From Macrostomum lignano (lineage: Eukaryota): a stretch of 64,000 nucleotides of DNA. Positions 41,641 to 55,400 of this stretch are shown here, in pieces. The position numbers were made by a program, and so were the translations under genes. The stretch spans positions 1 through 64,000 of the forward strand of contig NIVC01000102.1 in the NCBI GenBank assembly GCA_002269645.1, in the 5' to 3' direction. The notes under the pieces were generated by a model. The model saw only the letters and a program-made list of their open reading frames with translations, made no database searches and was not told where the DNA came from. Every line of letters starts with the position of its first letter. Within the stretch, counting starts at the first letter, position 1.

Positions 41641-42252
41641 TTTTTTAAAACCAAGGACAGAGCGCCCCAGGCTGCGCCCTACGAGTCATCCTGATCGCCA
41701 ACCAATTGATGGAAGTCCTTTGGCAGCCGAGTCACAAATGACATAGCATCATATAATGCATGAAGCTTGAACAATACAAACACCTGAATGATAAATAAAG
41801 TAAAATTATAATAAGTGTTACAATAACTTTTGTTGACAAAGTTCAGCTAGCAGGTTAATACACTGAAACGTGATGAGCGGAGATAAAAATTCCCCCGCGT
41901 CTGTAATTTTTTTAGCCCCACCCCTAAGTCTCAGCCATACACTGGAATAGTCAAGTCTCACTTGTGCTTTGACTTTGGTTGCATTTTGTAAAGTCAACTT
42001 CTATATAAGGCTGTCTGTGACGGCACCCAAAACTTCTGGCCACCCAATTAGAAAACTTCGTCGGAGTGGCTTAAGGGGGGGGGGTGAAAATCAAATCCAT
42101 CTGACCGTCTCTGTGAGTAGTAGCCATTGATATTTTTGCTCTATAAATAGTGGCACCCCTACTCAAGACTGCAAGCCACTCAAGTGCCAACAAGCCATTC
42201 TGATCAACTTTTCAACTGTCTCGTAGTCAACCAAGTGTCTCGTCACTGCATC

Positions 42253-43661
42253 ATGTCCGACGACAAGTATATCGAAGTTTTCCAGAAGCTTGACGAAGAC
42301 CGCGACGGATCCATCAGTCCGGACGAGATGGCCTCGGCTCTGCGAACAAGTTTTCCAGACATGGGCGACTCTGAGTTTGAGGTAAGAGTTTGAGTTAGTC
42401 TATTTTTTAATCCTTTTTTAGCGCCAGACTAGCTATCAACGCTCCCATAAGCCCTTGCGTCTCGGCAATACCTTACTCTCGCCGTGACATCTTAGCAACC
42501 CATCCGTAAGCCGTGACATCTTAGCAACCCATCCGTAAGCCGTGACATCTTAGTCAGCAACCCATCCGTAAGCCGTGACATCTTAGCAACCCATCCGTAA
42601 GCCGTGACATCTTAGCAACCCCTCCGTAAGCCGTGACATCTTAGCAACCCCTCCGTAAGCCGTGACATCTTAGCAACCCATCCGTAAGCCGTGACATCTT
42701 AGCAACCCCTCCGTAAGCCGTGACATCTTAGCAACCCCTCCGTTAGCCGTGACATCTTAGCAACCCATCCGTAAGCCGTGACATCTTAGTTAGCAACCCA
42801 TCCGTAAGCCGTGACATCTTAGCAACCCATCCGTAAGCCGTGACATCTTAGCAACCCCTCCGTAAGCCGTGACATCTTAGCAACCCCTCCGTAAGTCGTG
42901 ACATCTTAGTTAGCAACCCATCCGTAAGCCGTGACATCTTAGCAACCCATCCGTAAGCCGTGACATCTTAGCAACCCATCCGTAAGCCGTGACATCTTAG
43001 CAACCCATCCGTAAGCCGTGACATCTTAGCAACCCATCCGTAAGCCTTGACATCTTAGCAACCCCTCCGTAAGCCGTGACATCTTAGCAACCCCTCCGTA
43101 AGCCGTGACATCTTAGCAGCCCCTCCATAAGCCGTGACATCTTAGCAACCCCTCCATAAGCCGTGACATCTTAGCAACCCCTCCGTAAGCCGTGACATCT
43201 TAGCAACCCCTCCGTTAGCCGTGACATCTTAGCTACCCCTCCGTTAGCCGTGAAATCTCTGCAATTCCCCGCAAGCCTTATAACCCTGCAATTCACATTT
43301 GCTCCCGACTCTCACTCTAAATTCGCAGAACATGCACAAGCTCGCCACCATGGGAGGAAGTCGCAGTCTGGGCCAGAACGATTTCGTCTCGTTCATGAAA
43401 ATCATGGAGATCAACGCCACCACGGACAAGGACCTCCTGCCAACCAGAGCGGTCCAGCTGTTCTATCTGGTTCACGACGAGTCCGAGGCTGTTGGCTGCG
43501 AGGAGCTTGCCAAGCTCAACCCGGCAGAGCACAACCTGACACCCGAGGAGGTTAACATTCTGGCGGTCATTTCCAAGCGTCTGCAGGATCGCGGTCTAGA
43601 AATGATCGGCTTTGCCAAACTCTGGCGTGACGTTCAGGCTGAGCTGCAGAAGAAGGAGTGA
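42253..43661 (+). CDS. Calmodulin-like protein B (153 aa, 2 exons; one canonical EF-hand)
   Basis: Exons 42253-42381 and 43329-43661 (phase 0, GAG|GTAAGA...CGCAG|AAC). EF1 is DEDRDGSISPDE. TATAAATA near 42142. Confidence 0.85.
42480..43250. repeat. 29-bp minisatellite (GCCGTGACATCTTAGCAACCC[A/C]TCCGTAA) filling the intron of CaM-like B
   Basis: Period 29 (42481 and 42510), about 26 copies. Confidence 0.96.
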
Positions 43662-44362
43662 TAAATAATCTGTGTAGCTGGGACGGTGTGCGCGCGCCCT
43701 CTAAGAAAAAATAAGCTTTTTTATAATTCCAATTGTTGATTTCAATAGTCAAGTTAATTAAATAAATCGGCATTTTTTCGGTTCGATTAAAAGCTTTACT
43801 ATTATATCTGGCTTTCTTTTTCTTTGTTTTTCTCCTGAGAATGTACATGACTACATAGCTGAAGCCATTAACGCTCTAATAGGGCAGGTAATACATAAGA
43901 ACTTTCTTATTTTTATTCTAGTCTAGTTGCAAGCGTTACAATACACAATACTTAAGTATACATCTCTAATAAACCCCTCTGGCTTGTCTCTACATTCTAC
44001 TTTCTTCCGCAAGACTTTGAGCCTTTGTGAGTACACTCTCTATAGTTCTCTCTCTGATATTATATTCAACGTGCAGCTTAGCTAGGGTGAGAACTGGCCA
44101 TATTGTACCCGTCTTCTGCTGTCTCTTATTGAGCTCGATCTGGTCCAGAAACAACCGCGTACACACTTCGTAGGGTTATGAAAACTGAAACTAAACTATT
44201 TACTGATATTCTTTCTACCCCCGCCCCCTACCTAGCTAGACTTAATTTTCGTGTATACATCCGTGGACCAGGTGTGCTTTCTAGTGAGCTTGCGACTTCA
44301 AGTTTCCTCTGTCGTTTTCAGCGGTTGCAAAAGCAAAAAAAAACAAACAAAAGCCAATTGAC

Positions 44363-46924
44363 ATGGACGACAACAGGAAGTACAGAGATGTGTTTAAGCA
44401 GTTCGACCTAAACGGTGACGGTCACATCACCATCAATGAGCTGACAGTGGCTGTGCAAACTGCGGGAGTGAATATCAGCAAGGAGAGCCTACAGGTGAAC
44501 AACTCTTGAATTTAAGCACTGGTATGGGCGACTGTGCAAGGAGACTTCAGTGACTTCTTTTAGGCAAAATCACCCCGACTGAATAGCACTTGATCACAGA
44601 ATGACAGAATCACAGAATCACAGAGCTAGAGTCACAGAATCACAGAGCTAGAGTCACAGAATCACAGAGCTAGAGTCACAGAATCACAGAGCTAGAGTCA
44701 CAGAATCACAGAGCTAGAGTCACAGAATCACAGAGCTAGAGTCACAGAATCACAGAGCTAGAGTCACAGAATCACAGAGCTAGAGTCAGAGAATCACAGA
44801 GCTAGAGTCAGAGAATCACAGAGCTAGAGTCAGAGAATCACAGAGCTAGAGTCAGAGAATCACAGAGCTAGAGTCACAGAATCACAGAGCTAGAGTCACA
44901 GAATCACAGAGCCAGAGTCACAGAATCACAGAATCACAGAATCACAGAGCCAGAATCACAGAAACACAGAAACACAGAGCCAGAGTCACAGAATCACAGA
45001 AACACAGAGCCAGAGTCACAGAGTTACAGAATCACAGAGCCAGAATCACAGAGCCAGAGTCACAGAATCACAGAATCACAGAGCTAGAGTCACAGAATCA
45101 CAGAGCTAGAGTCACAGAATCACAGAATCACAGAGCCAGAGTCACAGAATCACAGAATCACAGAGCCAGAGTCACAGAATCACATAGCCAGAGTCACAGA
45201 ATCACAGAAACACAGAGCTAGAGTCACAGAATCACAGAATCACAGAATCACGAATTCACAAGTTTTGCTAAAATCGATCACATACCGACATAGACACAGA
45301 CAAACCATTTTTAGCATATGGAAAAATCACAAAATCACAGAATCTTAGAACCATATAAGAATCACAGAATCAAATAAGAATCACAGAATCATAGAATCAC
45401 GAGTTAGTCAAAGAGTCACAGAGCCAGAGTAACAGAATCACAGAATCACAGAGCCAGAGTCACAGAATCACAGAAACACAGAATCACAGAGCCAGAGTCA
45501 CAGAATCACAGAATCACAGCATCACAGAGCCAGAGTCACAGAGTCACAGAGCCAGAGTCACAGAATCACAGAATCACAGAATCACAGATCCAGAGTAACA
45601 GAATCACAGAAACACAGAGCCAGAGTCACAGAATCACAGAATCACAGAAACACAGAGCCAGAGTCACAGAATCACAGAATCACAGAGCCAGAGTCACAGA
45701 ATCACAGAATCACAGAATCACAGAGCCAGAATCACAGAAACACAGAAACACAGAGCCAGAGTCACATAATCATAGAATCACGAATTCACAAGTTTTGCTA
45801 AAATCGATCACATACCGACGTAGACACAGACAAACCATTTTTAGCATATGGAAAAATCACAAAATCACAGAATCTTAGAACCATATAAGAATCACAGAAT
45901 CAAATAAGAATCACAGAATCATAGAATCACGAGTTAGTCAAAGAGTCACATTATCACATGATCACAGAATCACGAGTTAGTCACAGAATCACAGAGCCAG
46001 AGTAACAGAATCACAGAAACACAGAGCCAGAGTCACAGAATCACAGAATCACAGAATCACAGAGCCAGAGTCACAGAATCACAGAATCACAGCATCACAG
46101 AGCCAGAGTCACAGAGTCACAGAGCTAGAGTCACAGAATCACAGAATCACAGAATCACGAGTTAGTCAAAGAGTCACAGAGCCAGAGTAACAGAATCACA
46201 GAATCACAGAATCACAGAATCACAGAGCCAGAGTCACAGAATCACAGAATCACAGCATCACAGAGCCAGAGTCACAGAGTCACAGAGCTAGAGTCACAGA
46301 ATCACAGAATCACAGAATCACGAGTTAGTCAAAGAGTCACATTATCACATGATCACAGAATCACGAGTTAGTCACAGAATCACAGAGCCAGAGTAACAGA
46401 ATCACAGAATCACAGAGCCAGAGTCACAGAATCACAGAAACACGAATTCACAATTTTTGCTAAAATCGATCACATACCGACTTAGACACAGACAAACCAT
46501 TTTTAGCATATGGAAAAATCAGAGTCAGAGCCAGAGTCACAGAATCACAGAAACACAGAACCTGAAAACATTGAACATCCATCCTCATCGTAATTGTCTT
46601 CAGTCGATTCTCAAAAGCGCAGACATTGACTGCAGCGGCGGCTTGGACTATGAAGAATTCGTTGCATTCCTGAAACTGGCCTCAAAGACAGCAGCCCAGG
46701 ACAGCGTTGAGACATCACCGCGACTTCAGCAGCTCTTCGATGTCGCATCTGATGGATTCGATCTGGTGGGCCCTGACGAACTCAAAGCTCTTTCACCTGA
46801 CGATCACGGACTGACCAGTCAGGAGTCCAAAGTCCTGACTGCTGTGATTGAGCTGCTCCAGGGTCGCAGCGTGGATCTCGCAGAGTTCGCTGACCTGTGG
46901 CGCAAAGCCGAGGCAGCCAGTTAG
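44363..46924 (+). CDS. Calmodulin-like protein C (150 aa, 2 exons; two canonical N-lobe EF-hands)
   Basis: Exons 44363-44494 and 46604-46924 (phase 0). EF1 DLNGDGHITINE, EF2 DIDCSGGLDYEE. The C-lobe is degenerate and aligns with that of B. Confidence 0.87.
44600..46560. repeat. CACAGAAT / CACAGAGC(C/T)AGAGT satellite with interspersed duplicated spacers, in the intron of CaM-like C
   Basis: Visible. The spacer GAATTCACAAGTTTTGCTAAAATCGATCACATACCGAC.. recurs at ~45252, ~45782 and ~46444. Confidence 0.95.
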
Positions 46925-48192
46925 TGACTACAGGCGCCAAAATGATTCATCTGAACCACCTGGATAAATCTGATTTAATCAATAATTTTAGCAGCTGAAA
47001 ACTTCATGATAGATTCATAATCTTTGGTTCGTTTCTATAAATTTAAAAATTTTTAAAAAGTGCATTCGTGTTCAGCAAAAAATTATAATTTTTTAAGCCA
47101 AGCAAGAACTTTTCCACTATTTCATTCATTATTTTGCTTTGTTTTTCATTAAATTTTAACGTTTTTACCATGTTCAGCAGCATGAAAACGATACTTATTC
47201 AATTTGTTTAAATTCGTGCTTCAGTATACTCTCGGCCTACTCGGAAATGTCGATTTTTTGTTTAACTGGCTAGCAAATGGTATTTAAATTTTCTATAGTG
47301 AAACTATAAACTATAAATATAAAAAGACGGCATCAAGATTTTGAGTTTTTGAGTCGACAGTCCTATACTTAAGCCCTTAATCAACTTACAGTGGACCCCA
47401 CATATAGCCATGTACGTCGGGTGAACATCACAGAGAAAAAAGGCAAGCAAAGGAACGAAGGTAAATTAAGCTTCGAGGTCGAGTGGGGGTTAGGTCTTTT
47501 GAGAGTCTAACTTTTTTTAATGCGTTGCTTTGCCAAAAACCAAAAAAATAATAGAACCTGCGGAGATGTGCAATGGTTTTTAGCCTGAAATGAATCTAAT
47601 AAATATACACTGCCGTACAGGCAGAGATGTTTGTAGAGACAGTTGAAAAATGACAATAGAAACTCTCTCTTAGCTGAGACACTCTTGAGCAGACACTGCC
47701 CAGTTACAGTAAGAACTATAGGCGACAGAGAAATATGAACCTATACGAAGGAATTTGATCGATGATAGGGGAGAGATGGTATAAAGACATTAGAGATATC
47801 GGCAGTTGAAGAGGCTCACTTAGAAAAAAATGTGAATAAGGCGTTAAACAGCGCATAAAAAATTTCATTCGTTGGGTAAGAGAGCCATTGCAGTTTAGCA
47901 GTATTAACAATTTCACCCACCCATCTTTTTGTGCGTTTACAAAGATGAAAGCAAACTTTTCTTTTGCTGGCTGTACTCAGAGAAACTTATAAAAAACAGC
48001 CGTACCCTCTAGCTGTGGCACACAATGAAAAGCACACGGGGGTGGCTGTTGGACTGAGTGCCGTGCTCAAATATGCGCGCCCAAATTGATATTCAGAGCA
48101 TATTTAAATAGTTTCGAAAATTTGATGCAGACAGAGTAGAGTAAATATTTAGCTGGGCAAGCAGAGACAATTAAAGCCTGATAAAAAGGCAC

Positions 48193-50036
48193 ATGGCAAA
48201 AATGTTCAAGCCGTCTACTTCTCACGACAGCATGTCGTCGCTGGATGCGGCTCTGCTCGCGCAATACCGCGAGGCCTTCGACTCGTTCGACTCGAATCGG
48301 GACGGCCGGATCAGCATCAGGGAGCTGTCAGCGGTGATGGAGAATCTGGGCGAGTCACCGAGCAAAAAAGAGCTCAAGGTAGGTGAGGTGTTTCACTTGA
48401 GTAAGGCGCCATTTTTATGTGAGGATTGGCGCCATTTCAATTCAGGAGGCGCCATTTCATTTTATAGGGGCGCCATTTCATTTGATTGTGGGCGCCATTT
48501 CATTTGATTGTGGGCGCCATTTCATTTGATTGGGGTGCCATTTCATTTTATTTGGGCGCCATTTCATTTTATTTGGGCGCCATTTCATTTTATAGGGGCG
48601 CCATTTCATTTGATTGGGGTGCCATTTCATTTTATTTGGGCGCCATTTCATTTGATTGTGGGCGCCATTTCATTTGATTGTGGGCGCCATTTCATTTGAT
48701 TGGGGTGCCATTTCATTTTATTTGGGCGCCATTTCATTTTATAGGGGCGCCATTTCATTTGATTGGGGTGCCATTTCATTTTATTTGGGCGCCATTTCAT
48801 TTTATTTGGGCGCCATTTCATTTGATTGTGGGCGCCATTTCATTTGATTGTGGGCGCCATTTCGTTTGATTGTGGCACCATTTCATTAGATTGGGGCGCC
48901 ATTTCATTAAATAGGGGCGCTACTTCATTTAAGAGGTTGCCATTTTATTTGAGGGGCGCCACTTTACTTGCGGTGGCGCCATTTCGTTTGATTGTGGCAC
49001 CATTTCATTAGATTGGGGCGCCATTTCATTAAATAGGGGCGCTACTTCATTTAAGAGGTTGCCATTTTATTTGAGGGGCGCCACTTTACTTGCGGTGGCG
49101 CCATTTCATTTGAAGGGCGCCGTTTCACTTTGAGGGGCGCCATTTTATTTGAAGTGATGTCATTTTAATTGAAGTGGTGCCATTTTAATTGAGGTGGCGC
49201 CATTTTAATTGAGGTGGCGCCATTTTAATTGAGGTGGCGCCATTTTATTTGAGGTGGCGCCATTTTAATTGAGGTGGCGCCATTTTATTTGAGGTGGCGC
49301 CATTTTATTTGAGGTGGCGCCATTTTAATTGAGGTGGTGCCATTTTAATTGAAGTGGTGCCATTTTATTTGAGGTGGTGCCGTTTTATTTGAGGTGGCGC
49401 CATTTTATTTGAGGTGGTGCCATTTTAATTGAGGTGGCGCCATTTTAATTGAGGTGGCGCCATTTTATTTGAGGTGGTGCCATTTTAATTGAGGTGGCGC
49501 CATTTTATTTGAGGGGTGCCATTTTAATTGAGGTGGCGCCATTTTAATTGAGGTGGTGCCATTTTAATTGAGGTGGCGCCATTTTAATTGAGGTGGCGCC
49601 ATTTTATTTGAGGGGCCTTAATAAATGAAGCCTTGCCTCCACTGTCGTCCCACGCCCCTCGGCGTATGTTTTATTAACTCAGTAAACCAGGGTAACAAAA
49701 TAATAAATTTTGAAATATTTTCATTTCCAGGAAATGATCAAATCGGTCGACGGCGACGGCAGCGGCAAGATCGACTTCGACGAATTCATTCGCATGATGG
49801 AGGCCCGCACCGCCCAACGGATGAGTGACGCCGAGATGGCGGCAATATTTCGCGTCATGGACAAAAACAAAGACGGCATCATCACGCTGGACGAGCTTCG
49901 GATCGCCATGGACAACCTGGGCGAGGACATCACCGAGTCTGAGCTGCGCAAGATGCTGCGCCTGGCTGACAGCAACCGCGACGGCTGCATCGACTTTGCC
50001 GAGTTCAAAAAGTTGATGCAGTCGCTCGGAATGTGA
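48193..50036 (+). CDS. Calmodulin-like protein D (163 aa, 2 exons; four canonical EF-hands)
   Basis: Exons 48193-48378 and 49731-50036 (phase 0). Loops DSNRDGRISIRE, DGDGSGKIDFDE, DKNKDGIITLDE, DSNRDGCIDFAE. Too divergent to be canonical calmodulin. Confidence 0.92.
48400..49620. repeat. GGCGCCATTT-core minisatellites (~22-bp then 20-bp units) filling the intron of CaM-like D
   Basis: Visible. Confidence 0.95.
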
Positions 50037-53000
50037 ACTCCGCGGCCTGCTGCAGATCTCATGTAACCGTATTTTATTAAACCGTAAATTTATTACGAAT
50101 ACAAATACAGCTTCGGAAATGTATTAGACTTAACGACATATTGTCTTAAATCTATAGTTTGCTCTAGAATATTCCAAGGGACAATTATGTTTTGCGTTGC
50201 GATGCCTGCATATGCCCAACAAATTTAATCAGAACTATAAGCCTTACACCGGCGGCTATTTGCACTGCAGCTCAAGGTTTGTGCATGCACGCACGCACGT
50301 CTTTCCTCAGCTCTTCTCCCGATTTCCTTACGAGCTATATATTTACATGCATCGATCATCACATATACGGTATATATATCCTCTCCATCTTCTCGATCCC
50401 TTCTGATCTCCACTCTCTCAAGATCTCTTCTCATCCCATGTCTCATCACATCGATCTTGTGTTATCTCATATAGTTGTCGCTTCTAAAACGCTCGCAGCA
50501 AAAGCCTCCAAGTATTTCTTTGTGTCTGCGCGTTTTTCTTGTTGAATCCGGATCCCTTTCCCTTTAATCCCCGATTCCCATTTATTTAACTCCCCAACCT
50601 ATTTTTTATTCCTCAATCCGATTTTCATAATCCTCAAGCCAATTTCCTTAGTTCCCCATCTTTTTAAAAAATCCCCTATTAAAAAATAGGGGATTATTCC
50701 TATCCCCTGTCCCTCCGGTGGTGACGCCCCTGCTAATTGAATCTATACACTGTAAACATGCCAGCCGCAGTTATATGAATTTTTATTAATTTAATGCACC
50801 TCTGATTCGTACATTTGCCACTAGTTTTGACCTAAAGCGGCTAAAGCCTCTAGCCCTTCATGCCTAGCTGCCATAAGCTCAAATTTCTCAAATTTTTTAT
50901 TTTTTTAGTGTATTAAAACAAAGTTCGGCATATCTACTCCCACTTTGTTATGTAACCTGCTAAAATTATAGCAATGAGCTGCTTGGTTTAATATTTTATA
51001 CGTATTTTTAGAGTTAAGAAAATTAAGTAACATTTTATCATCAAAAGAGACCAATTTCAAGCTGCAACTTTTTAAGAAATTTGCAGGTCCGCCACGATGA
51101 CAGGTGCGTTCGGCGTTGCCGCGTTGCGGTCCAAGACCAAGTGACAGTTTACACTGACTGACTGTTGAAGCTCTAGGCTTTAGATATAAGGCTCTAGGCC
51201 TAGTATTTAGATCTGTAACTCACCATGCATAGCCCTAGTCCCTGTTTAGATACTAATAGTAAATTACAAGCATACAAACCTTAGAGATTTAGTATATTTA
51301 GATAATAGATAGACCCCACCCTAATCCCCATATATCAACATCTGGATGTGCGTGTTCCTATTTTGTTGCCTTAATAATTTTAGACCATTGAAACTTTAGT
51401 CATTCTTTGGTAATTTTATTCCATATGATAGATCTCACTTGCCTAAGCAAAATACACTTGTGATTTGTATTGTGAATTTACAAGTGCAAACTGTTGAACA
51501 TTACTAGGCCTACTTGTTGAATACTCATCAAAACAATAATAAATGAGTACTAAGTACCAAGTATGAAAAAAACTTCAGACAAGTATCCTAAGTACCAAGT
51601 ACTTGCCTAGGCCTGGTTAGGATCTTACCTTAAGAACAAGTTGGCACAGTGGCAGCGCAGTATCTATAAGACTATAATTATTATGGAGGATAGTATAGTA
51701 TAGATTGTCACCCCTCCCCTAGCAAATTTTTTATAGAATTATAGCAGTGCCAGTGCATTACACTAAAATCTCATAAAATGCATATTATAAGGGCTATCCT
51801 ATAAAATCATTTGTTAAATTACTTTTTCGCTTGAATTAAATTCCTTTCAGTTTTATAAAAGTCAAAATCTAAAACAGGTTAATGAATTAACCATTTAACA
51901 TAATGTATTGCAGCAAAAATTTGGCAGCAAAAGCACCAAAATTGTTTGTTTTACTTATAGTCTATTGCTATATCATGACATAACTATGTTATGAGGGTAC
52001 TATAGTACTTTGATGTTGAGTAATATCTAATATGCCTACCCAGTGCGCAAGCCACCAATGGCCTACCGTCGGCCAGCCACTAGTGGGCCATCGGAGGTTT
52101 TGTCTCGGGGAGCCGAGGGTGGCCCAACGGTGGCCAGCCACCATTCAGCCACTGCAGTGCCACCGTTCAGCCACTGCAGTGCCACCGTTCAGCCACTGCA
52201 GTGCCACTGTTAAGCCACTGCAGTGCCACTGTTAAGCCACCACTTTAATGTGAATTTAGTAATCTGCTGTGCCATTGTGCATACACATTTCTAACATGAC
52301 ATGACAATAGTATAATTTATAATTTAGATTATAATTCATCTCTAGTTTCTATCGTCACATGCAATCATGTATTAATTATAAGGCAATTAAGGCGAAGTAT
52401 TTTAATATATAATATACGAGTACTGCAAGCTGTAAATAAGAAACACAGTCAGAAGTAAGCTTGATTTTCTGCACAATAGACACTATGATATTTTTTTAAT
52501 TGGCCAATGATCTCACAGGTATCATTAAATTTATTATTCTTGTTACATTTCAAAAATAGCACAGTAAGATAGATACCCATAGTTACAAATGAGTTAAATA
52601 ATAATAAACGAATAGAATCATTAGACGATCCACATGCAATCATATAAAATTACTAGTTAACCCTGTAACGATATTAGTGCGTAATTGGGAAAGCTGTTAG
52701 GAAGAAAATAAGATACCAAGGCTATATAGGGTAAATGCAAAATCATACTAAAATGCCCTATTTATGATGCATGTCAGCTTATATAGCGATAAAATATATA
52801 ATTAAGATATATAGCAATTCCTATCTTAACTAGGCTTGTCATTTAATGTCTAAAGTAGTTGCGAGTAGTCTAATACCAGTAGAAACCAGAAAGAAATATT
52901 TTCATTGGGTTCCTATTTTGATCTAGCATTAAGCTATTCATATGTTATTCCAGCTTTCCGTTATAAGATTATATGCATAACAAGCACAACTAAAAAACGG

Positions 53001-53261
53001 ATTTTTCATTTTAAGCACAAAGTAACTTTTTGGGTATATGCAGCAATTGAATCTACTTGACTACTGAAAAATTATTGTTACAATTAATAGGTTATTACTA
53101 GTAATGAAAAAACTACTGCTTCAGTAGATTTAGAGAAAAACGGATGCTAATAGTTCATATTAATCGCTTTCTGATGATACAACGTATGCGTTTGTTCTGG
53201 GCTGTTTCGGATTTTTACGATTTTTTCGAGACTCGGACTCGGTCTCAGACTGGTGCTGGCG

Positions 53262-54983
53262 CTAGTGCCGGCCCATAACACCAGTTTGCTTATTCGAAGA
53301 CCGATCTCGACGCTGTTGGCGACCTCCGTAGCGGTCGATGCTGCCCTTCAACACGCGAATAGCAGCCTGCTCTAGTTCGTAGTTGGATGGGCTGTTCTCG
53401 GGGTACATTGCCTTTGCAGCCTCTAAAGGTGAAAAATAACAATGAAATGAATACAACATTCTGTATTTTATCCAGCAGTTGCTTAAAAATATGAACTAAC
53501 CCTTAAATACAGGCATTAGCTTGGTGGCAAACGCTAATTCTGTGTCACTTTGTGACAATCCAGACTTTTGCTGCAAATCTCGGCCCGAGTAGTTTATAGC
53601 GCGTTGCATCTCAACTGTTAGCGTCTTATCCATCATGCGCCGAACAGTTTCGGCGACTGTTGGGCCACGGCATGAACGCAGAGCTGGTAGCTGTAAATAA
53701 TAGCATAATTACGCGTGTGCTTATTAAATCTAGCAACTATCAAATAGTATGGTAATCTAAATCTTACCAGAAACTGATTAGTATCTGCTCGAAAACCTGC
53801 GTATTCCTGCCATGACGCGATTGGCTCCCAACTGAAACCCGGTTGAGCCATAGGAGCAGAGCTTGAATGCAACTCATGGAAGCCAGCTTCAATTTTCTTG
53901 TCGAGCCTCTGCAGATGCTCTCGTATAGCACCTAACTGTCTCATGTTTGATAAGGCCAGATATATCTGACCTTCAGGGGTAGTTAAGCTCACACCTAGCT
54001 TTCTCTCAACTGCAGCACGCATTTGAGTCAATGAATTGGAACCAAAATTAAAGCAGGCAGTTTCCACCTCAGGCCCTCTGGCTTGCGGTTCCTTGAATAT
54101 TATGCCAGAGGCTGCATCAGCAGCTTCGTTAGAGGCAGCTAAAAGATGAGCTGCTGGACTGGCATTTGCAGCGACCATGCTTGATGAGGTCAGCCGGCTT
54201 GCTGCTGGACTAGAACTTGCAACGAACACAGCGCCTATCTGCTGTTGAGAAGAGCCTGCTAGGCTTGGACTACAGGGGCTACAAGAGGCCACAGGAAGAG
54301 GCAACAGTGATGGGCGTATGCTTGATATGCAGGCGCTAGATGCGGCATCACAGTCTCTAGATGCATTGGCAGGTTGGTGCACTTCAGATTCCGACTCGGT
54401 TGCGAGCAGCTGCAAAGACTCATTTAACAAAGCAAGCTTGCATTAAATGGTTTTTATAGTGCCACTGTCATAACAAAAATTACAGAGCCTGAGTATAGTA
54501 ATAAAAATTCTTGCAATGCAATAAACACAAGCTGTTAGGATAAAAATAAGTAGCACTCACATGCACTCCTGCCATACGCTGTCGTTTACCACTGTGAACA
54601 CGACACACCAACTTTAAAAGTGAGGCGATAGAGCACTTTTTTGAACTCCTGCACCTTCTTAAATAAGCCACTATTTCCTGCCCATTGTCATTCTCATTCA
54701 GCAGTACCTAAGATATGGATAAAAGTGTAAAATGTAAATTCACTTGCATTGTTTAATAAACAGAACTACATGGCATCAGTATCTAAATGTAAAGTCTCTT
54801 TGCCTGCAGAATAGTTGCCTCCCAATATTCGCCATCATATAGGGCCGTCACAACTAAATGCTCATCTTGGTCCACATTCTTCCAATCTTCAGGAGTAAAT
54901 AGTTGAAATGAGCCAAGTCTTACATCTTTATCTTCAATCTCCACAATTTCCTTATCGATATTGAAGATTATAACAAATCTCAT
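53262..54983 (-). CDS. Transposon accessory protein with a C-terminal DUF4806-like domain, 5 exons, ~448 aa
   Basis: Exons 54983-54804 (needs a GC donor), 54707-54561, 54436-53768, 53690-53501, 53422-53262; phases consistent, 1347 nt. Motifs GPTVAETVRRMMDKTL..INYSGR and LKGSIDRYGGR resemble DUF4806 proteins of animal EnSpm-like elements. Confidence 0.68.
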
Positions 54984-55400
54984 TTTGGGCTGAAACAAGT
55001 ACAATAGCACTTTTTTTAACTATTTGCTTTCCTGGCAAAGCTGGAAATAGCAAGCATTTTTATAAAAGGCAATACACACCTACAATACACTACAATACAT
55101 CAGCATATTATATTAGACTCAGCACATTTTGAGTCTGAAAAAATACAATTAGTGATTAATCTTAGTCTGAATAATACCTATGAAGAAATTCACTTATGGA
55201 ACACCAAAAAGTATTTTTGAATAAATATTATTCTATGCTTTAACAATTAACTTGTGATTCCAAGTTATAGTATATTATTATGGACAAGCAAGCAAGCATA
55301 CAAATATCAGAGATTTAGTATATTTAGATTTAGTATAGTATGATTTTATGATTGAACAATTAACGTAAGATTCCAAGTAACAAAACAAAAGCATGCCTCA

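Noticed and set aside
48193-50036. Calling gene D canonical calmodulin (CaM)
   Set aside because: True calmodulin is nearly invariant across animals. This protein has an N-terminal extension and many substitutions, so no gene symbol was assigned.
50715-50732. hAT-like TIR end GGTGACGCCCCTG
   Set aside because: I found no partner TIR or TSD. Treated as an orphan remnant.
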